64,000 nt of DNA. Source: Longimicrobiales bacterium (GTDB lineage Bacteria; Gemmatimonadota; Gemmatimonadetes; Longimicrobiales; Gaopeijiaceae). Within the stretch, counting starts at the first letter, position 1, and each line of letters begins with the position of its first letter. Shown here in pieces: positions 19,777 through 29,216 of the stretch. The DNA lies in assembly GCA_965202985.1 (NCBI GenBank), contig CBDBCF010000001.1, positions 640,001-704,000 of the forward strand, read 5' to 3'. A model generated the notes under the pieces. The model searched no databases and was not told the DNA's origin. It was given only the letters and a program-made list of their open reading frames with translations. A program made the position numbers and the translations under genes.

Positions 19777-21129
19777 ATGAGTTCGCCAGTTCGCGCCCGT
19801 CATGTCAACCGCTTGTCGCGACGGCGCTTTCTTGGGGGACTTGCAGCGGCGTGCGCAGCATCAACGGCGCAGCTTCGACACGTCCAGCCGGGGGCGCAGG
19901 GGCTTCGGGTCGACGGCGAGCGAGTCAATGGATTCTTGGCCGATCTTCGGCGGTTCGGCGGCACGCCCGACGGCGGAACTACGCGCTTGGCCTACAGCGA
20001 CGAGGACTTGGCCGCCCGAGACTACGCAACGGGCGTCATGGAACGGGCCGGGTTGCGTGTTTCCACCGACCTGGCCGGAAACTTGGTCGGCGAGCGGGTC
20101 GGAACCGATCCGCGACTCCGAACGCAACCGATCATTGCGGGGTCCCACATGGACACCGTTCCCGGGGGCGGCAGCTACGACGGCCACGTGGGCTCCGCCA
20201 GCGCGATCGAAGTCGCCTTGACGCTGAACGAGCACGGCGTCCGGACCCGCCATCCGCTCGAAGTCGTGATCTTCCAAAACGAAGAGGGCGGCAAGACGGG
20301 CAGTCGCGCACTGGTCGGGCGGGTCGAGCCCTTCGAGCTGGAGATCGAGACGGCGTCGGGGTTCACGATCCGTCATGGCATCGCCCGCTTGGGCGGCGAC
20401 CCGGATCGCCTGGACGAGGCCCGTCGCGCGCCGGGCGCCATGGCCGGGTTCTTCGAGCTTCACATCGAGCAGGGCGGCCTCCTCGAAGCCGCGAACGCGC
20501 AGATCGGGGTGGTGGAAGGGATCGTGGGCATCCGGCGGTGGAACGTGACGGTCCGCGGAATGGCCAACCATGCAGGCACAACCCCGATGGACCAGCGCCG
20601 AGACGCGCTCGTAGCCGCCGCCGACTTTGTTCGGGCCGTACACCTGGCGGCCATGGAGATGCCCGGCCGACAGGTCGCCACCGTCGGACGGATCGAGGCT
20701 CTCCCCGGAGCGCCCAACGTCGTGCCGGGTTCGGTTCGCGCCAGCCTGGAGATCCGCGACTTGTCCATGGCGAAGATCGACCGCGTGTTCGCCGAGATCA
20801 GGCGGCGGGCGGCGGTGGTCGCCCGAACCCGGGACGTGTCCATCGACTTCGACCGCTTCTACGAGAGCTTGGCCGCTCCCACGGACCCCCGCCTCCGCGA
20901 CATCGTGGAGGCGTCCGCCTCTGCGCTTGGCTGTTCGAGCATGCGGATGCCGTCCGGCGCAGGCCACGACGCCCAGAGCATGGCCGAGCTGGGACCCGTC
21001 GGCATGATCTTTGTCCCCAGCCGGAACGGCATCAGCCACTCGCCCTTGGAGCACACCCCCGCCGCCGACGTGATCCGCGGCGCCGACGTGTTGTTGCGCT
21101 CCGTGCTGGCGCTGGACGAGGCGGGCTGA
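19777..21129 (+). CDS. M20 Zn-dependent hydrolase (N-carbamoyl-amino-acid/allantoate amidohydrolase family) with Tat signal
   Basis: SRRRFL Tat motif; GSHMDTVP, NEEG, ELHIEQG, NHAGTTPM, GAGHDA and SHSP motifs. Confidence 0.9.
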   Translation: MSSPVRARHVNRLSRRRFLGGLAAACAASTAQLRHVQPGAQGLRVDGERVNGFLADLRRFGGTPDGGTTRLAYSDEDLAARDYATGVMERAGLRVSTDLAGNLVGERVGTDPRLRTQPIIAGSHMDTVPGGGSYDGHVGSASAIEVALTLNEHGVRTRHPLEVVIFQNEEGGKTGSRALVGRVEPFELEIETASGFTIRHGIARLGGDPDRLDEARRAPGAMAGFFELHIEQGGLLEAANAQIGVVEGIVGIRRWNVTVRGMANHAGTTPMDQRRDALVAAADFVRAVHLAAMEMPGRQVATVGRIEALPGAPNVVPGSVRASLEIRDLSMAKIDRVFAEIRRRAAVVARTRDVSIDFDRFYESLAAPTDPRLRDIVEASASALGCSSMRMPSGAGHDAQSMAELGPVGMIFVPSRNGISHSPLEHTPAADVIRGADVLLRSVLALDEAG

Positions 21130-21147
21130 CCGCCTCTCCCGTGGTCC

Positions 21148-22299
21148 CTACACCCAGCCCTTCCTTCTGAAGTCGCGCAGGGTGTCGCAGAAGCGGCCCA
21201 TGTCTTCGGGCAGGCCGAACGACAGGCGGTTCCAGTCGAGCATGGGCGGGAAGTCCCGGCCGACCAGGAACCCGACCTCCGCCATGCGGCCCCGGTAGGT
21301 GGCCAAGTCGCCCGCGATCCGGTGCATGATGAAGTTGGTCTGGGTGGGCATGTGCTCCAGGCCCAGCTCGTCCAGGGTGGTCTGCACCATCGCCTTGGCC
21401 TCCTGGTTGACCTTGCGGCTCTTGGTCATCAGGGCCTCGTCCCGGAACGACGCGCTCGCCGCCGCCAGCGCCAGCTGGTTCGCGTTGTTTCGCGAGGCGA
21501 AATCCGACAGGCGCGCCGCCGTGTCCGGGTGCGCGATGCCGTAGCCCAGTCGGAGTCCCGCCAAGCCGTAGATCTTCGAGAACGTCTTGACGACCAGGAC
21601 GTTCCGCTTCTCGGCGATCCACGGCAGCGAACTCCACATCCGCTCGTCTTCCACGTACTCGATGTACGCTTCGTCGGACAGGAAGAAGACGTGCTCCGGG
21701 GCGTCCGCGATCCAGGCGTCGATCTCCGCGCTGGGCGTGATCGTGGCCGTCGGGTTGTTGGGGTTGCAGAGGTAGACCAGCGCGGGCCGGCCCGTGCTCT
21801 CCGCGGCCTCGCGCATCCGGCCCAGGTCGTGTTCGCGCGCCGCGTTCAGCGGCACCTTGACCAGCTCGTAGGATTCGGTGCGCTGGTAGTCGGTCACCGC
21901 CTCGTAGGTGGGATCGGCCATGACCAGCCGAGCCCGGGGCGCCGCGAACGCCTGCACCGCCATCTGGAGAACCTCTGCCGAGCCGGTGCCGATCATGACC
22001 TGCTCGGTCCCGACGTCGTGGGCCTCGGCCAGCTTGGCCACCAGCGACGACTGCTGGTCCGACGGGTAGCGGTTGGCCAGCACGATCGCCTCCACCAAGG
22101 CGTCCTTGGCCGCCGGCGAGATCCCCAGCGGGTTCTCGTTCGAGTTCAGCCGGACGCCCCCGTTGCTGGTCCTGCGTCCCGGCCCGGCGGCCAGCGCCGA
22201 GAGCGGTCGAGCCGCGCCTGCGCCGAACGTGCCCGTCGCCAGTCCCGACACGGCGATCCCCGAGAGTGTTCCCTTCGTGATGAATGCCCGCCGCTTCAT
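21148..22299 (-). CDS. PLP-dependent class I/II aminotransferase (HisC-like) with Tat signal
   Basis: MKRRAFI Tat motif; LNSNENP, NRYP, CNPNNPT, DEAY and TFSKIYGLAGLRLGY motifs. Confidence 0.9.
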   Translation of the reverse strand: MKRRAFITKGTLSGIAVSGLATGTFGAGAARPLSALAAGPGRRTSNGGVRLNSNENPLGISPAAKDALVEAIVLANRYPSDQQSSLVAKLAEAHDVGTEQVMIGTGSAEVLQMAVQAFAAPRARLVMADPTYEAVTDYQRTESYELVKVPLNAAREHDLGRMREAAESTGRPALVYLCNPNNPTATITPSAEIDAWIADAPEHVFFLSDEAYIEYVEDERMWSSLPWIAEKRNVLVVKTFSKIYGLAGLRLGYGIAHPDTAARLSDFASRNNANQLALAAASASFRDEALMTKSRKVNQEAKAMVQTTLDELGLEHMPTQTNFIMHRIAGDLATYRGRMAEVGFLVGRDFPPMLDWNRLSFGLPEDMGRFCDTLRDFRRKGWV

Positions 22300-22417
22300 G
22301 ATCGTGCCTCCGTTGGTTTGCGTCTGGTCGTCCCCGGCCTCGCGCCTATAGTGGCAAGGTGCGGCGCGACGCGCCAGTGCGAGCGCCCAAAGCCGCCAGG
22401 TCGCCGCGACGCGCCGG

Positions 22418-24169
22418 TCATCCGCCGGCCGGCGTCTCGTCCAGGACGTCGTCGCGTGTGCCCGTCATCTCCCACCGCACCAGCGTCACCGGGATCACGC
22501 CCGCGGCGAAGAAGCGGTCGAAGAAGTCCTTGACCGTGAAGGCGTCGCCCTGCTGCAAAGCCCACTCGGCCATCAGTTCCTCGATCTGAACCTTCCCCGT
22601 CAGGTAGCTGGTGCCGTACCCGGGCTGCTGCAGGTACAGGTGCTGTTCGTTCCGCACCAAGTCGGCGTCGGGAAGCCATCCCCGGGGCGTCCACTCGGTG
22701 GCGTGCGCCACGGCCTGCTCCATGTCGAATACGTTGCCGTGCAGGTAGAGGCCGCTCAACGCCCGCGCCGCGCGCTGCGCCAGCATGATCCACACCAACT
22801 CGCGCGACCTGGGCTTCCCGGCCAGGATGCCGGCGTGCATCGCCATCTCCTCCATCCCCGTGGCCAGGCCCTCGGAGCGCGCGTCCCAGATGTTGTACAG
22901 GAGCGGCGTTCGTCGCACGACGCTGGCATGAGGCGTCTCGACCATGGCCGCCAGCTCGATCCAGTGGTGCAGGTGCGCCCGCATGACCACCGGGTCCCGG
23001 TAGTTCACCTCGCTGAAGAAGTTGCGGATCTCGCCCGGCGCGGCCGGCACGAAGGTCCCGTTCTTGGCGCGCAACGCCGGGTCCATCCACGGCTGCACGG
23101 TTTGGATCGCGTCCTCCTCCAGGAACCGCATGTAGTCGTCCACGGCCTCGTTCAGCCGCCGGTCGTACTCCTCCGCGCCGGCGATCCGCTCCAGCGACGG
23201 CAGGCTCCGGTTGCGGTGCTCCTCCAGCCGCAGCGAAGAGTGGGCGCGGGCCAGCTCCCGGCGCATGAGCGTCACCTGCTGTTCCCACGAATAGGGCACC
23301 AAGTGGACGTTCCGCATGTACCACGTGTACTGGTCCTTGCCCACGCCCGACGGGCCCGTCTTGGCCGCGGCCGTGCTCTCGATCCAGTCGTGGAACGCAA
23401 GCGTCGCAGCGCGGGCAGCGGCGACGGCGGCCTCGAGGTCCTCGCGCGTGTCGGCAACGCGCTGGGCGAACGACGCCAGCTCCGCCTCCTGCCGTCGGAA
23501 CGAGCGCAGCCCCGCCATCCACAGGTCGCCGGCGTCTCCGGTCAGGTTGACGCGGGCTTGGTCCAGCAGCTCGGGGATCGCGCCGATTCTGGACGCCAGC
23601 TCGTCGGCGTCGGCGTCGGACAAGGGGTAGTCGTAGGTCCACAGGTCGATCCAGCCGTGAACCACCGGTCCCTCGTGCGCGGGCACGTCGCTCTGGGCGT
23701 CGAACACGCTGGCGTAGAACGCCGGGTTGCGCGCCCACGGACGGCGCACGCGGTGGTCGAAGTCCAACCCGTTCATCTCCGCCCGCACCAAGTGCCAGTC
23801 GATCTGCTGCTCGACGGGCCAGTCCCGGCCCCGGGGGTCCAGCGCCTCCAGGCGGGCGCGCCACGCGGGCAGCGCGTCGTACTGCGCCGCCATGGCGTCT
23901 TCCGAGTAGTCGGGCACGCCGTTCGCGAACTCGGGCGACTCGAACTCGCGCCACTCGGCGAAGAGCGCCGTCAGCGCGTCGTAGCCGCCCGCGACGGCGG
24001 CCGCCGCCGCGGCGCTGGCCTGGGCTACGTCGCCGGACCCCGCGGCGTTCCGGCCGTCCTCGATCCCGCAGCCGGCCAGCGCCAACAACAAGCACGCCAG
24101 CGTCGACCACCTCCGCCGGCCCGACTTCGCTCCCGCCAACCGAACGCCCAGTCGCCCGCCGCCCTTCAC
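22418..24169 (-). CDS. DUF885-like lipoprotein
   Basis: LALAGC lipobox; SEGLATGMEE, QRAARA and QPGYGTSYLTGK..F.D.F motifs. GTGA overlap with the upstream gene. Confidence 0.75.
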   Translation of the reverse strand: MKGGGRLGVRLAGAKSGRRRWSTLACLLLALAGCGIEDGRNAAGSGDVAQASAAAAAAVAGGYDALTALFAEWREFESPEFANGVPDYSEDAMAAQYDALPAWRARLEALDPRGRDWPVEQQIDWHLVRAEMNGLDFDHRVRRPWARNPAFYASVFDAQSDVPAHEGPVVHGWIDLWTYDYPLSDADADELASRIGAIPELLDQARVNLTGDAGDLWMAGLRSFRRQEAELASFAQRVADTREDLEAAVAAARAATLAFHDWIESTAAAKTGPSGVGKDQYTWYMRNVHLVPYSWEQQVTLMRRELARAHSSLRLEEHRNRSLPSLERIAGAEEYDRRLNEAVDDYMRFLEEDAIQTVQPWMDPALRAKNGTFVPAAPGEIRNFFSEVNYRDPVVMRAHLHHWIELAAMVETPHASVVRRTPLLYNIWDARSEGLATGMEEMAMHAGILAGKPRSRELVWIMLAQRAARALSGLYLHGNVFDMEQAVAHATEWTPRGWLPDADLVRNEQHLYLQQPGYGTSYLTGKVQIEELMAEWALQQGDAFTVKDFFDRFFAAGVIPVTLVRWEMTGTRDDVLDETPAGG

Positions 24170-26301
24170 GAGTCCGACACCTTCTTCGCGTCGTCCGCCT
24201 CGTCGTCCCCCGGCGCCTTCTCCCACTCCCATGTCCGGTCCATCACCCACCGCTCGAACCAGTCCAGCTCCACGTTGGCCTTGTACAGCCGGTGCCGAAG
24301 CTCGCGCCATCCGTGGCCCTGGCGGGGCGCCACGTACAAGTGCGTGGGGACGCCGTTGTGGCGCAGCCCCCGATACATCTCGACCGACTGGGGCATCGGA
24401 ACGCGCGCGTCTTCCTCGCCCACCAGGAACAGCGTCGGCGTAACGACCTTCCACACCTCGCGCAACGGGGAATCCTGCCAGTACTGGTCGATCTTCGCCC
24501 CTTCCTCCCATGGCGTCGTCCCGAACCACGGCGTCCTGTAGATGCGCACGTCGCTCTGTCCGTACATCGACACCCAGTTGGCCGCGCCGGCCCCCGAAGA
24601 CGCGGCCCTGAAGCGGTCCGTGTAGGTGACGACCTTGTTGGTCATGTGGCCGCCGGCGCTCCAGCCCATCTTGGCCATCCGCGTCCCATCCACCATGCCG
24701 GCCTCGATCAAGTGGTCCACGCCGGCCATCACGTCCTTGTGCGCCTGGTCGAAGTAGTGGCCGACCATGTTGCGCAGGAACTCGTCCCCGTAGCCCGTGC
24801 TGCCCCTGTAGTTGGGCTTGAGCACGAAGTAGCCCAAGCGCGCAAGCACGGTCTCGTAGTTGTGGGACGAAGCGAACCGGAAGCGGTCCGAAGAGGCCGG
24901 CCCTCCGTGCGTCTGGACGACCAGCGGATGGCGTGCGCCATCCACGTAGTCCAGCGGGTAATAAAGCAGCCCTTCGACGGCCGCCCCGTCCTCGCCGCTC
25001 CACTGGATCGCCTCCACCTTCGGCAGCCGAAAGCGCGACGCCATGTCCGCGTTGACCGTGGTGACGCGCTCCATGTCGCCTCCGTCCGCGTTCAGCAACC
25101 AGGCATCGCCGGGCTCCACGGGACCGGCCACGGTCACGGCCAAGCGGTCCAGCGCGGGGTTGTAGTCGCCCAGCGAAACGCTGTGGTCGCCGCGGGTGAT
25201 TTGCGTCGCCGTTCCCGACGCCGCGTCCACAGCGAACAGCTCTTGGCGCACGCCGGTGTTGGCCTGCACGAGGATCGTGGATGCGTCCCGGCCCCAGATC
25301 GCCTGGCTGGCCTCGTGGGGGAAGTCGGGAACGACAGGTCGGTACCCGCCGCCCGCGCCCGAATCGCCGGCCGTGCCAGCGTCCGCACCTGAGCCCGAGC
25401 CGTCCGCCGCCGCCACGTACACCTTGTCGTTGTAGTAGAACTCGCCTTTGGTGTTGGAGTCTGCGCGGAAGAGGACCCACTGGTTGTCCGGCGACAGTTC
25501 GGCGCCGTACTCGGGAACGCCGTTGCGCGTGATCCGGCGCGCTTCCGTGCCGTCGGCGTTCATGACCCACACCTCGCCGTCGTCGTTGTCGTCGAAGAGA
25601 GGCGACGGCCCCCTGTCGTATGCGACCATGGCGCCGTCCCGGGACAACCGGTACTCGTTGACCGAGAACTCGCCCTCGGTTATGCGCCGGGTCTCGGCAG
25701 CGCCCTCGGCCGCAACGCCTTCGCCCATGTCCACCTGCCACAGATGGCGCTGCTGGTAGTTCTCGTCGAAGGCGTAAACGTCGTCGCCGGCCTTCTCGCG
25801 GGCCTTCTGTTCGTCCGGCTTGTCGTCGGACGCCAGGAAGTACAAGGCGTCGCCGGCGGGCGCCCACGAGACGGACGAGACCGCCGTGGGATGGTCCGTA
25901 AGCCGGCGCGCCTCGCCCCCGCGGGTGTCCAGCAGGTAGATCTGCATCGATTCGTCGGCGCCGCGGGCGGCGGTGAAGGCGATCATCGACCCGTTGGGAG
26001 ACCAGCGCGGGTTGGACTCGCCGTCCTCGCCGCCTGTCAGCCGCAGGTCCGGCCCTCCGCCGACCGTCGCCATCCAGATATGGGCGACCGCGCGGTTTCT
26101 CTCCCAGTCCGCGTCCGAGCGGACGTACAGCACGCGCGTTCCGTCGGGGCTCAGCCGGGGCGACGAAACCCCCGGCACGTTGACGAGATCGACGATGCCG
26201 GGCGCACGCTGGGCGGCGACAGCGGTCGGCGCCGCGAGAAAGCAGGCCAGCGCGACAGGAACTGGGCGGCAGCGGACGGGCGAACGGTGCGTGCGTGTCA
26301 T
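24166..26301 (-). CDS. S9 (acylaminoacyl/prolyl oligopeptidase) family peptidase, exported
   Basis: SPDG/WSP propeller repeats, HGGP, PNYRGSTGYG, GWSAGG, EDARVP and QGHG motifs. Confidence 0.92.
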   Translation of the reverse strand: MTRTHRSPVRCRPVPVALACFLAAPTAVAAQRAPGIVDLVNVPGVSSPRLSPDGTRVLYVRSDADWERNRAVAHIWMATVGGGPDLRLTGGEDGESNPRWSPNGSMIAFTAARGADESMQIYLLDTRGGEARRLTDHPTAVSSVSWAPAGDALYFLASDDKPDEQKAREKAGDDVYAFDENYQQRHLWQVDMGEGVAAEGAAETRRITEGEFSVNEYRLSRDGAMVAYDRGPSPLFDDNDDGEVWVMNADGTEARRITRNGVPEYGAELSPDNQWVLFRADSNTKGEFYYNDKVYVAAADGSGSGADAGTAGDSGAGGGYRPVVPDFPHEASQAIWGRDASTILVQANTGVRQELFAVDAASGTATQITRGDHSVSLGDYNPALDRLAVTVAGPVEPGDAWLLNADGGDMERVTTVNADMASRFRLPKVEAIQWSGEDGAAVEGLLYYPLDYVDGARHPLVVQTHGGPASSDRFRFASSHNYETVLARLGYFVLKPNYRGSTGYGDEFLRNMVGHYFDQAHKDVMAGVDHLIEAGMVDGTRMAKMGWSAGGHMTNKVVTYTDRFRAASSGAGAANWVSMYGQSDVRIYRTPWFGTTPWEEGAKIDQYWQDSPLREVWKVVTPTLFLVGEEDARVPMPQSVEMYRGLRHNGVPTHLYVAPRQGHGWRELRHRLYKANVELDWFERWVMDRTWEWEKAPGDDEADDAKKVSDS

Positions 26302-26437
26302 GAAGGGACCTCGGGGGTCGGTCGGTTCGTGCTCTCGGGCCAGTCTTCCGCGTGCATTCTGGTTCGCGCCCACGGGGCCGGCAAGCCGGCAAGCTCGCGC
26401 GGAGCCGGCCGTGTCGAAGCGTTCGCGCGCTCGGTCG

Positions 26438-27649
26438 CTAACGCGCTCGGCTCCACCACTCGGCCGGCGTCGCCCGGACGGCCCGTCGCGACATGCGGTC
26501 GAGCCAGAGCGCGACGCGGCGCAGCGGCGTCCCGGCCAGCCATTGCCAAGCCCGGTTCCACCACTGGGCGTAGTCGCGGTTGTAGGGACACACGCGCACG
26601 CAGATGGCGCAGTCGGTGTTCAGGTTCGACCAGAAGCGGAAGCACTTCTCCCCGTCGGTGGTCCACTTCTCGACGCCTCGGATGTTGGAGCGGTTGTGCA
26701 CGGCCGTGGACGGCGCGCCGTCGGCGATGGCCTTGGCCGGGCAGGCGCGGGTGCACGCCCGACAGACGCCGCACGTCTCTTCCACGCCGAAGCGTCGCGG
26801 CCGGTCGTGGGCCAGCGGCATGTCGGTGAACACCTTGCCCAGTCGCACTCTGGGACCGAACTCCCGCGTGATCAGCAGGCCGTGACGCCCGTACTCTCCC
26901 AGCCCCGCCTTGATCGCCAGCGGAATCGCCAACGCCGTGTCGTTCATGCTCGCCACGGCCCGGTAGCCCAAGTTCACGATGTACTGGGCGATGGCCAGCA
27001 GCACGATCGCGTCCAGCGAGTACCCGGCGCCCGTCGCGGCCCCGCTCAGCGCGGACGGCGCCGTGCGCAGCAGTCCCCGGTCCATCGACTGGGCCACGAT
27101 CACGACGTTCCCCAGGTCGCCGGACACCTCCTGCGGCTTCTCGGATTCGGTCTCGCGGCTGTAGTTGTGCGCGTAGACCCAGCGCTCGTCGTATCCGGTG
27201 ATCCCCACCAAGTCGGCCCCCACGGTCAAGGCGGCCCGCTTGACGTGCGCGGCCAGCGCTTCGGCCGACCCTGCGAACGGCTCGCCCCCCGGCCCCTCGC
27301 GCAGGACGGTGTACGGATCGAGAAAGCCCTCCCGCCGGTCGCTGTCCTGGCGAAGTTCGGCGAAGACGTCCGCAACGTGCCACGAGGCGTTCCGCAGGGC
27401 GTAGTCGAGGCGCGTGAAGCCGTCGGCGTCGCGCCACCGGATCTGCGGCGTGCGGTAGGTTTCGTAGAAGGTGTCCGAACGGTGGGTTCTGACCGCCGGG
27501 TCCCAAAACGAACGGCAGAATACGTCGTCCTTCTGCGAGAAGCGGCGAAACCCGGGGCCAACCCGAAAGCCGGCCCGGGCATCGTCCGCGCGTGGAGCAT
27601 GGCGCGCACCATCCATGCCGTTCGCGGGTCGCGTTTTGGATTGCCTCAC
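26438..27649 (-). CDS. Reductive dehalogenase (RdhA-like) cobalamin / 2x[4Fe-4S] protein
   Basis: GADLVGI, AGLGEYGRHG..FGPRVRL..TDMPL, CGVCRACTRACPAKAI and KCFRFW..DCAICVRVCPYN motifs. Confidence 0.8.
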   Translation of the reverse strand: MRQSKTRPANGMDGARHAPRADDARAGFRVGPGFRRFSQKDDVFCRSFWDPAVRTHRSDTFYETYRTPQIRWRDADGFTRLDYALRNASWHVADVFAELRQDSDRREGFLDPYTVLREGPGGEPFAGSAEALAAHVKRAALTVGADLVGITGYDERWVYAHNYSRETESEKPQEVSGDLGNVVIVAQSMDRGLLRTAPSALSGAATGAGYSLDAIVLLAIAQYIVNLGYRAVASMNDTALAIPLAIKAGLGEYGRHGLLITREFGPRVRLGKVFTDMPLAHDRPRRFGVEETCGVCRACTRACPAKAIADGAPSTAVHNRSNIRGVEKWTTDGEKCFRFWSNLNTDCAICVRVCPYNRDYAQWWNRAWQWLAGTPLRRVALWLDRMSRRAVRATPAEWWSRAR

Positions 27650-27844
27650 GCCGTCAGCTTATCTTCGCGGCACGGCCAGCGCCACTTGGCGACGGCGCGC
27701 CTGTGGACATCTTGCTCGGGCGGAGCCCCGACCAGCTGCCAAACCGATGGCACGCAATGACCCATCACAAGAAGAGGGAACCGGCGTTTCCCCCGTGTCG
27801 CATCCTTGCCGATCGGCCGACCCCTCCAAGGAGGAGCGTGCTCC

Positions 27845-28915
27845 ATGACCGCACGTCGTAGCGCCCTTGCCGCAAGTATCGCCGTCGGGGCTCTGGCGTT
27901 CCCAGCCGCGGCGATCGTCCGGCCACTCTCCGGCCAAGGCGCTACCGCCGTGGCGTCGCTCGATCTGATCGAGACATGGAGTTCGGACGAGGTGGCGGGC
28001 CTCGAGCTCGCCTGGGTCGACGGCGTCGTGGAGACTCCGGCGGGCACGATCTGGATATCCGACCCGTCGACTCCGGTCGTGATTTCGGTGGACCCCTCGG
28101 GAGGCCGTCCGACCGTGATCGCGAGAGGCGGCGACGGACCCGGCGAAGTCCAGTCTCCGGATCGAATCGCGCTGACCCCCGGAGGCAACGTGGCGGTGTT
28201 CGATCTGGAGCGCGGCGTGGAGATCTTCACGCCCGCAGGGGACCATCTGAGGCGGGTTCGGTTTCGCGTCCTCCTGTCGTGGCCCCGTGGCTTCGCGGCC
28301 CTGGACGGAGGTAGGTTCGTCGTCAGCGGCGGACTGCCGGGCGTCCCAGCCCCGCTGCACCTCTTTGACGACGACGGCAGCTTGCTGGCCAGTTGGGAAC
28401 AGCCGTCCGACGCGGAGAACTGGAGAACTCGAATCGTCGGCGGCGGCGGTCCAGTCCATGCGACGTCCGACAGCGGCCTTCTGTACTCGCAGGCTGCGCC
28501 GCATCGCATCGCGAAGTACTCGTTTTCGTCCAGACCGGCCGAGAGTCCCCGAGGAACACTGGTCGTGGAGATGCCACGCCTGCTTCGGCACCCGGGCGAC
28601 GGCGGCGTCGTGGAGACGGGAGAGGGAGTAAACTTGTCCCGCAGCTACCATCCGCACTTTCCGCAGTCGGTGGGCATCTTCCAGATGGACGACGGGGCGG
28701 TCGTCAACATGATCGCATACAAGGACGACGGCTACTCGGTGTGGCAGGTCTTCCGCCGGGACGAATCCGGCCGTGTCCGCCTGGCAGGCGAAGCGCGAGC
28801 CGAGACCGCCTACATGCCCTGGCACCTAAGCGCCGACGGCGACTTCCTCGCATCCAGGACCGACCCGGCCACCGACGTGCCCACGGTCGTCCGGCTGAAG
28901 CTGACGGGCGGATAG
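27845..28915 (+). CDS. Exported 6-bladed/NHL-like beta-propeller protein
   Basis: Signal-like N-terminus after AGGAGG; GDGPGEV, IWISD and FTPAGD repeats. Confidence 0.7.
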   Translation: MTARRSALAASIAVGALAFPAAAIVRPLSGQGATAVASLDLIETWSSDEVAGLELAWVDGVVETPAGTIWISDPSTPVVISVDPSGGRPTVIARGGDGPGEVQSPDRIALTPGGNVAVFDLERGVEIFTPAGDHLRRVRFRVLLSWPRGFAALDGGRFVVSGGLPGVPAPLHLFDDDGSLLASWEQPSDAENWRTRIVGGGGPVHATSDSGLLYSQAAPHRIAKYSFSSRPAESPRGTLVVEMPRLLRHPGDGGVVETGEGVNLSRSYHPHFPQSVGIFQMDDGAVVNMIAYKDDGYSVWQVFRRDESGRVRLAGEARAETAYMPWHLSADGDFLASRTDPATDVPTVVRLKLTGG

Positions 28916-28937
28916 ACGCCGGCGGCGCAGGCGGGCA

Positions 28938-29216
28938 CTAGAGCTGGCGGGAGGCGGAAGCGCCGTTGGCCGCCTCGGCCAGCAGGTCGTCCCCCGTCTC
29001 GCATTCCAGCACGGCGTGGCCCACCTCGAGCAGCTGCTCGGGACCCATCGCCCCCATCAGCGCCTCCAGACGCTTCGCCGTCTCCATCCCGAACTTCCGC
29101 GACGCCTGCCCAAGCACCATCTCTCGGCGACCCCGGGCCACGCCCTTCTTCACGCCCTTCGCCATGCCCCTGCGCTCGTGTCCCTCCACCCACTCCTCGT
29201 AGTACGTCTGGCCCAT
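28938..29216 (-). CDS. Putative in-frame, internally initiated small protein (RpnS-like, 92 aa)
   Basis: GAGGAGG lies 8 nt before the ATG of MGQTYYEEW inside the rpn gene. Confidence 0.55.
   Translation of the reverse strand: MGQTYYEEWVEGHERRGMAKGVKKGVARGRREMVLGQASRKFGMETAKRLEALMGAMGPEQLLEVGHAVLECETGDDLLAEAANGASASRQL

Noticed and set aside
26438..27649. Epoxyqueuosine reductase QueG
   Set aside because: No YA.G.DYH-type motif seen and the overall layout fits RdhA better; not excluded without an HMM search.
27748..27763. TGGCACG as a sigma-54 promoter (also at ~33098)
   Set aside because: No correctly spaced TTGC -12 element.
27771..27795. AAGAGGGAAccggcg resembling a cobalamin riboswitch near the dehalogenase
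   Set aside because: It is on the wrong strand for that gene, the other B12-element motifs were not found, and a simple GGGAA/TTCCC hairpin explains it.
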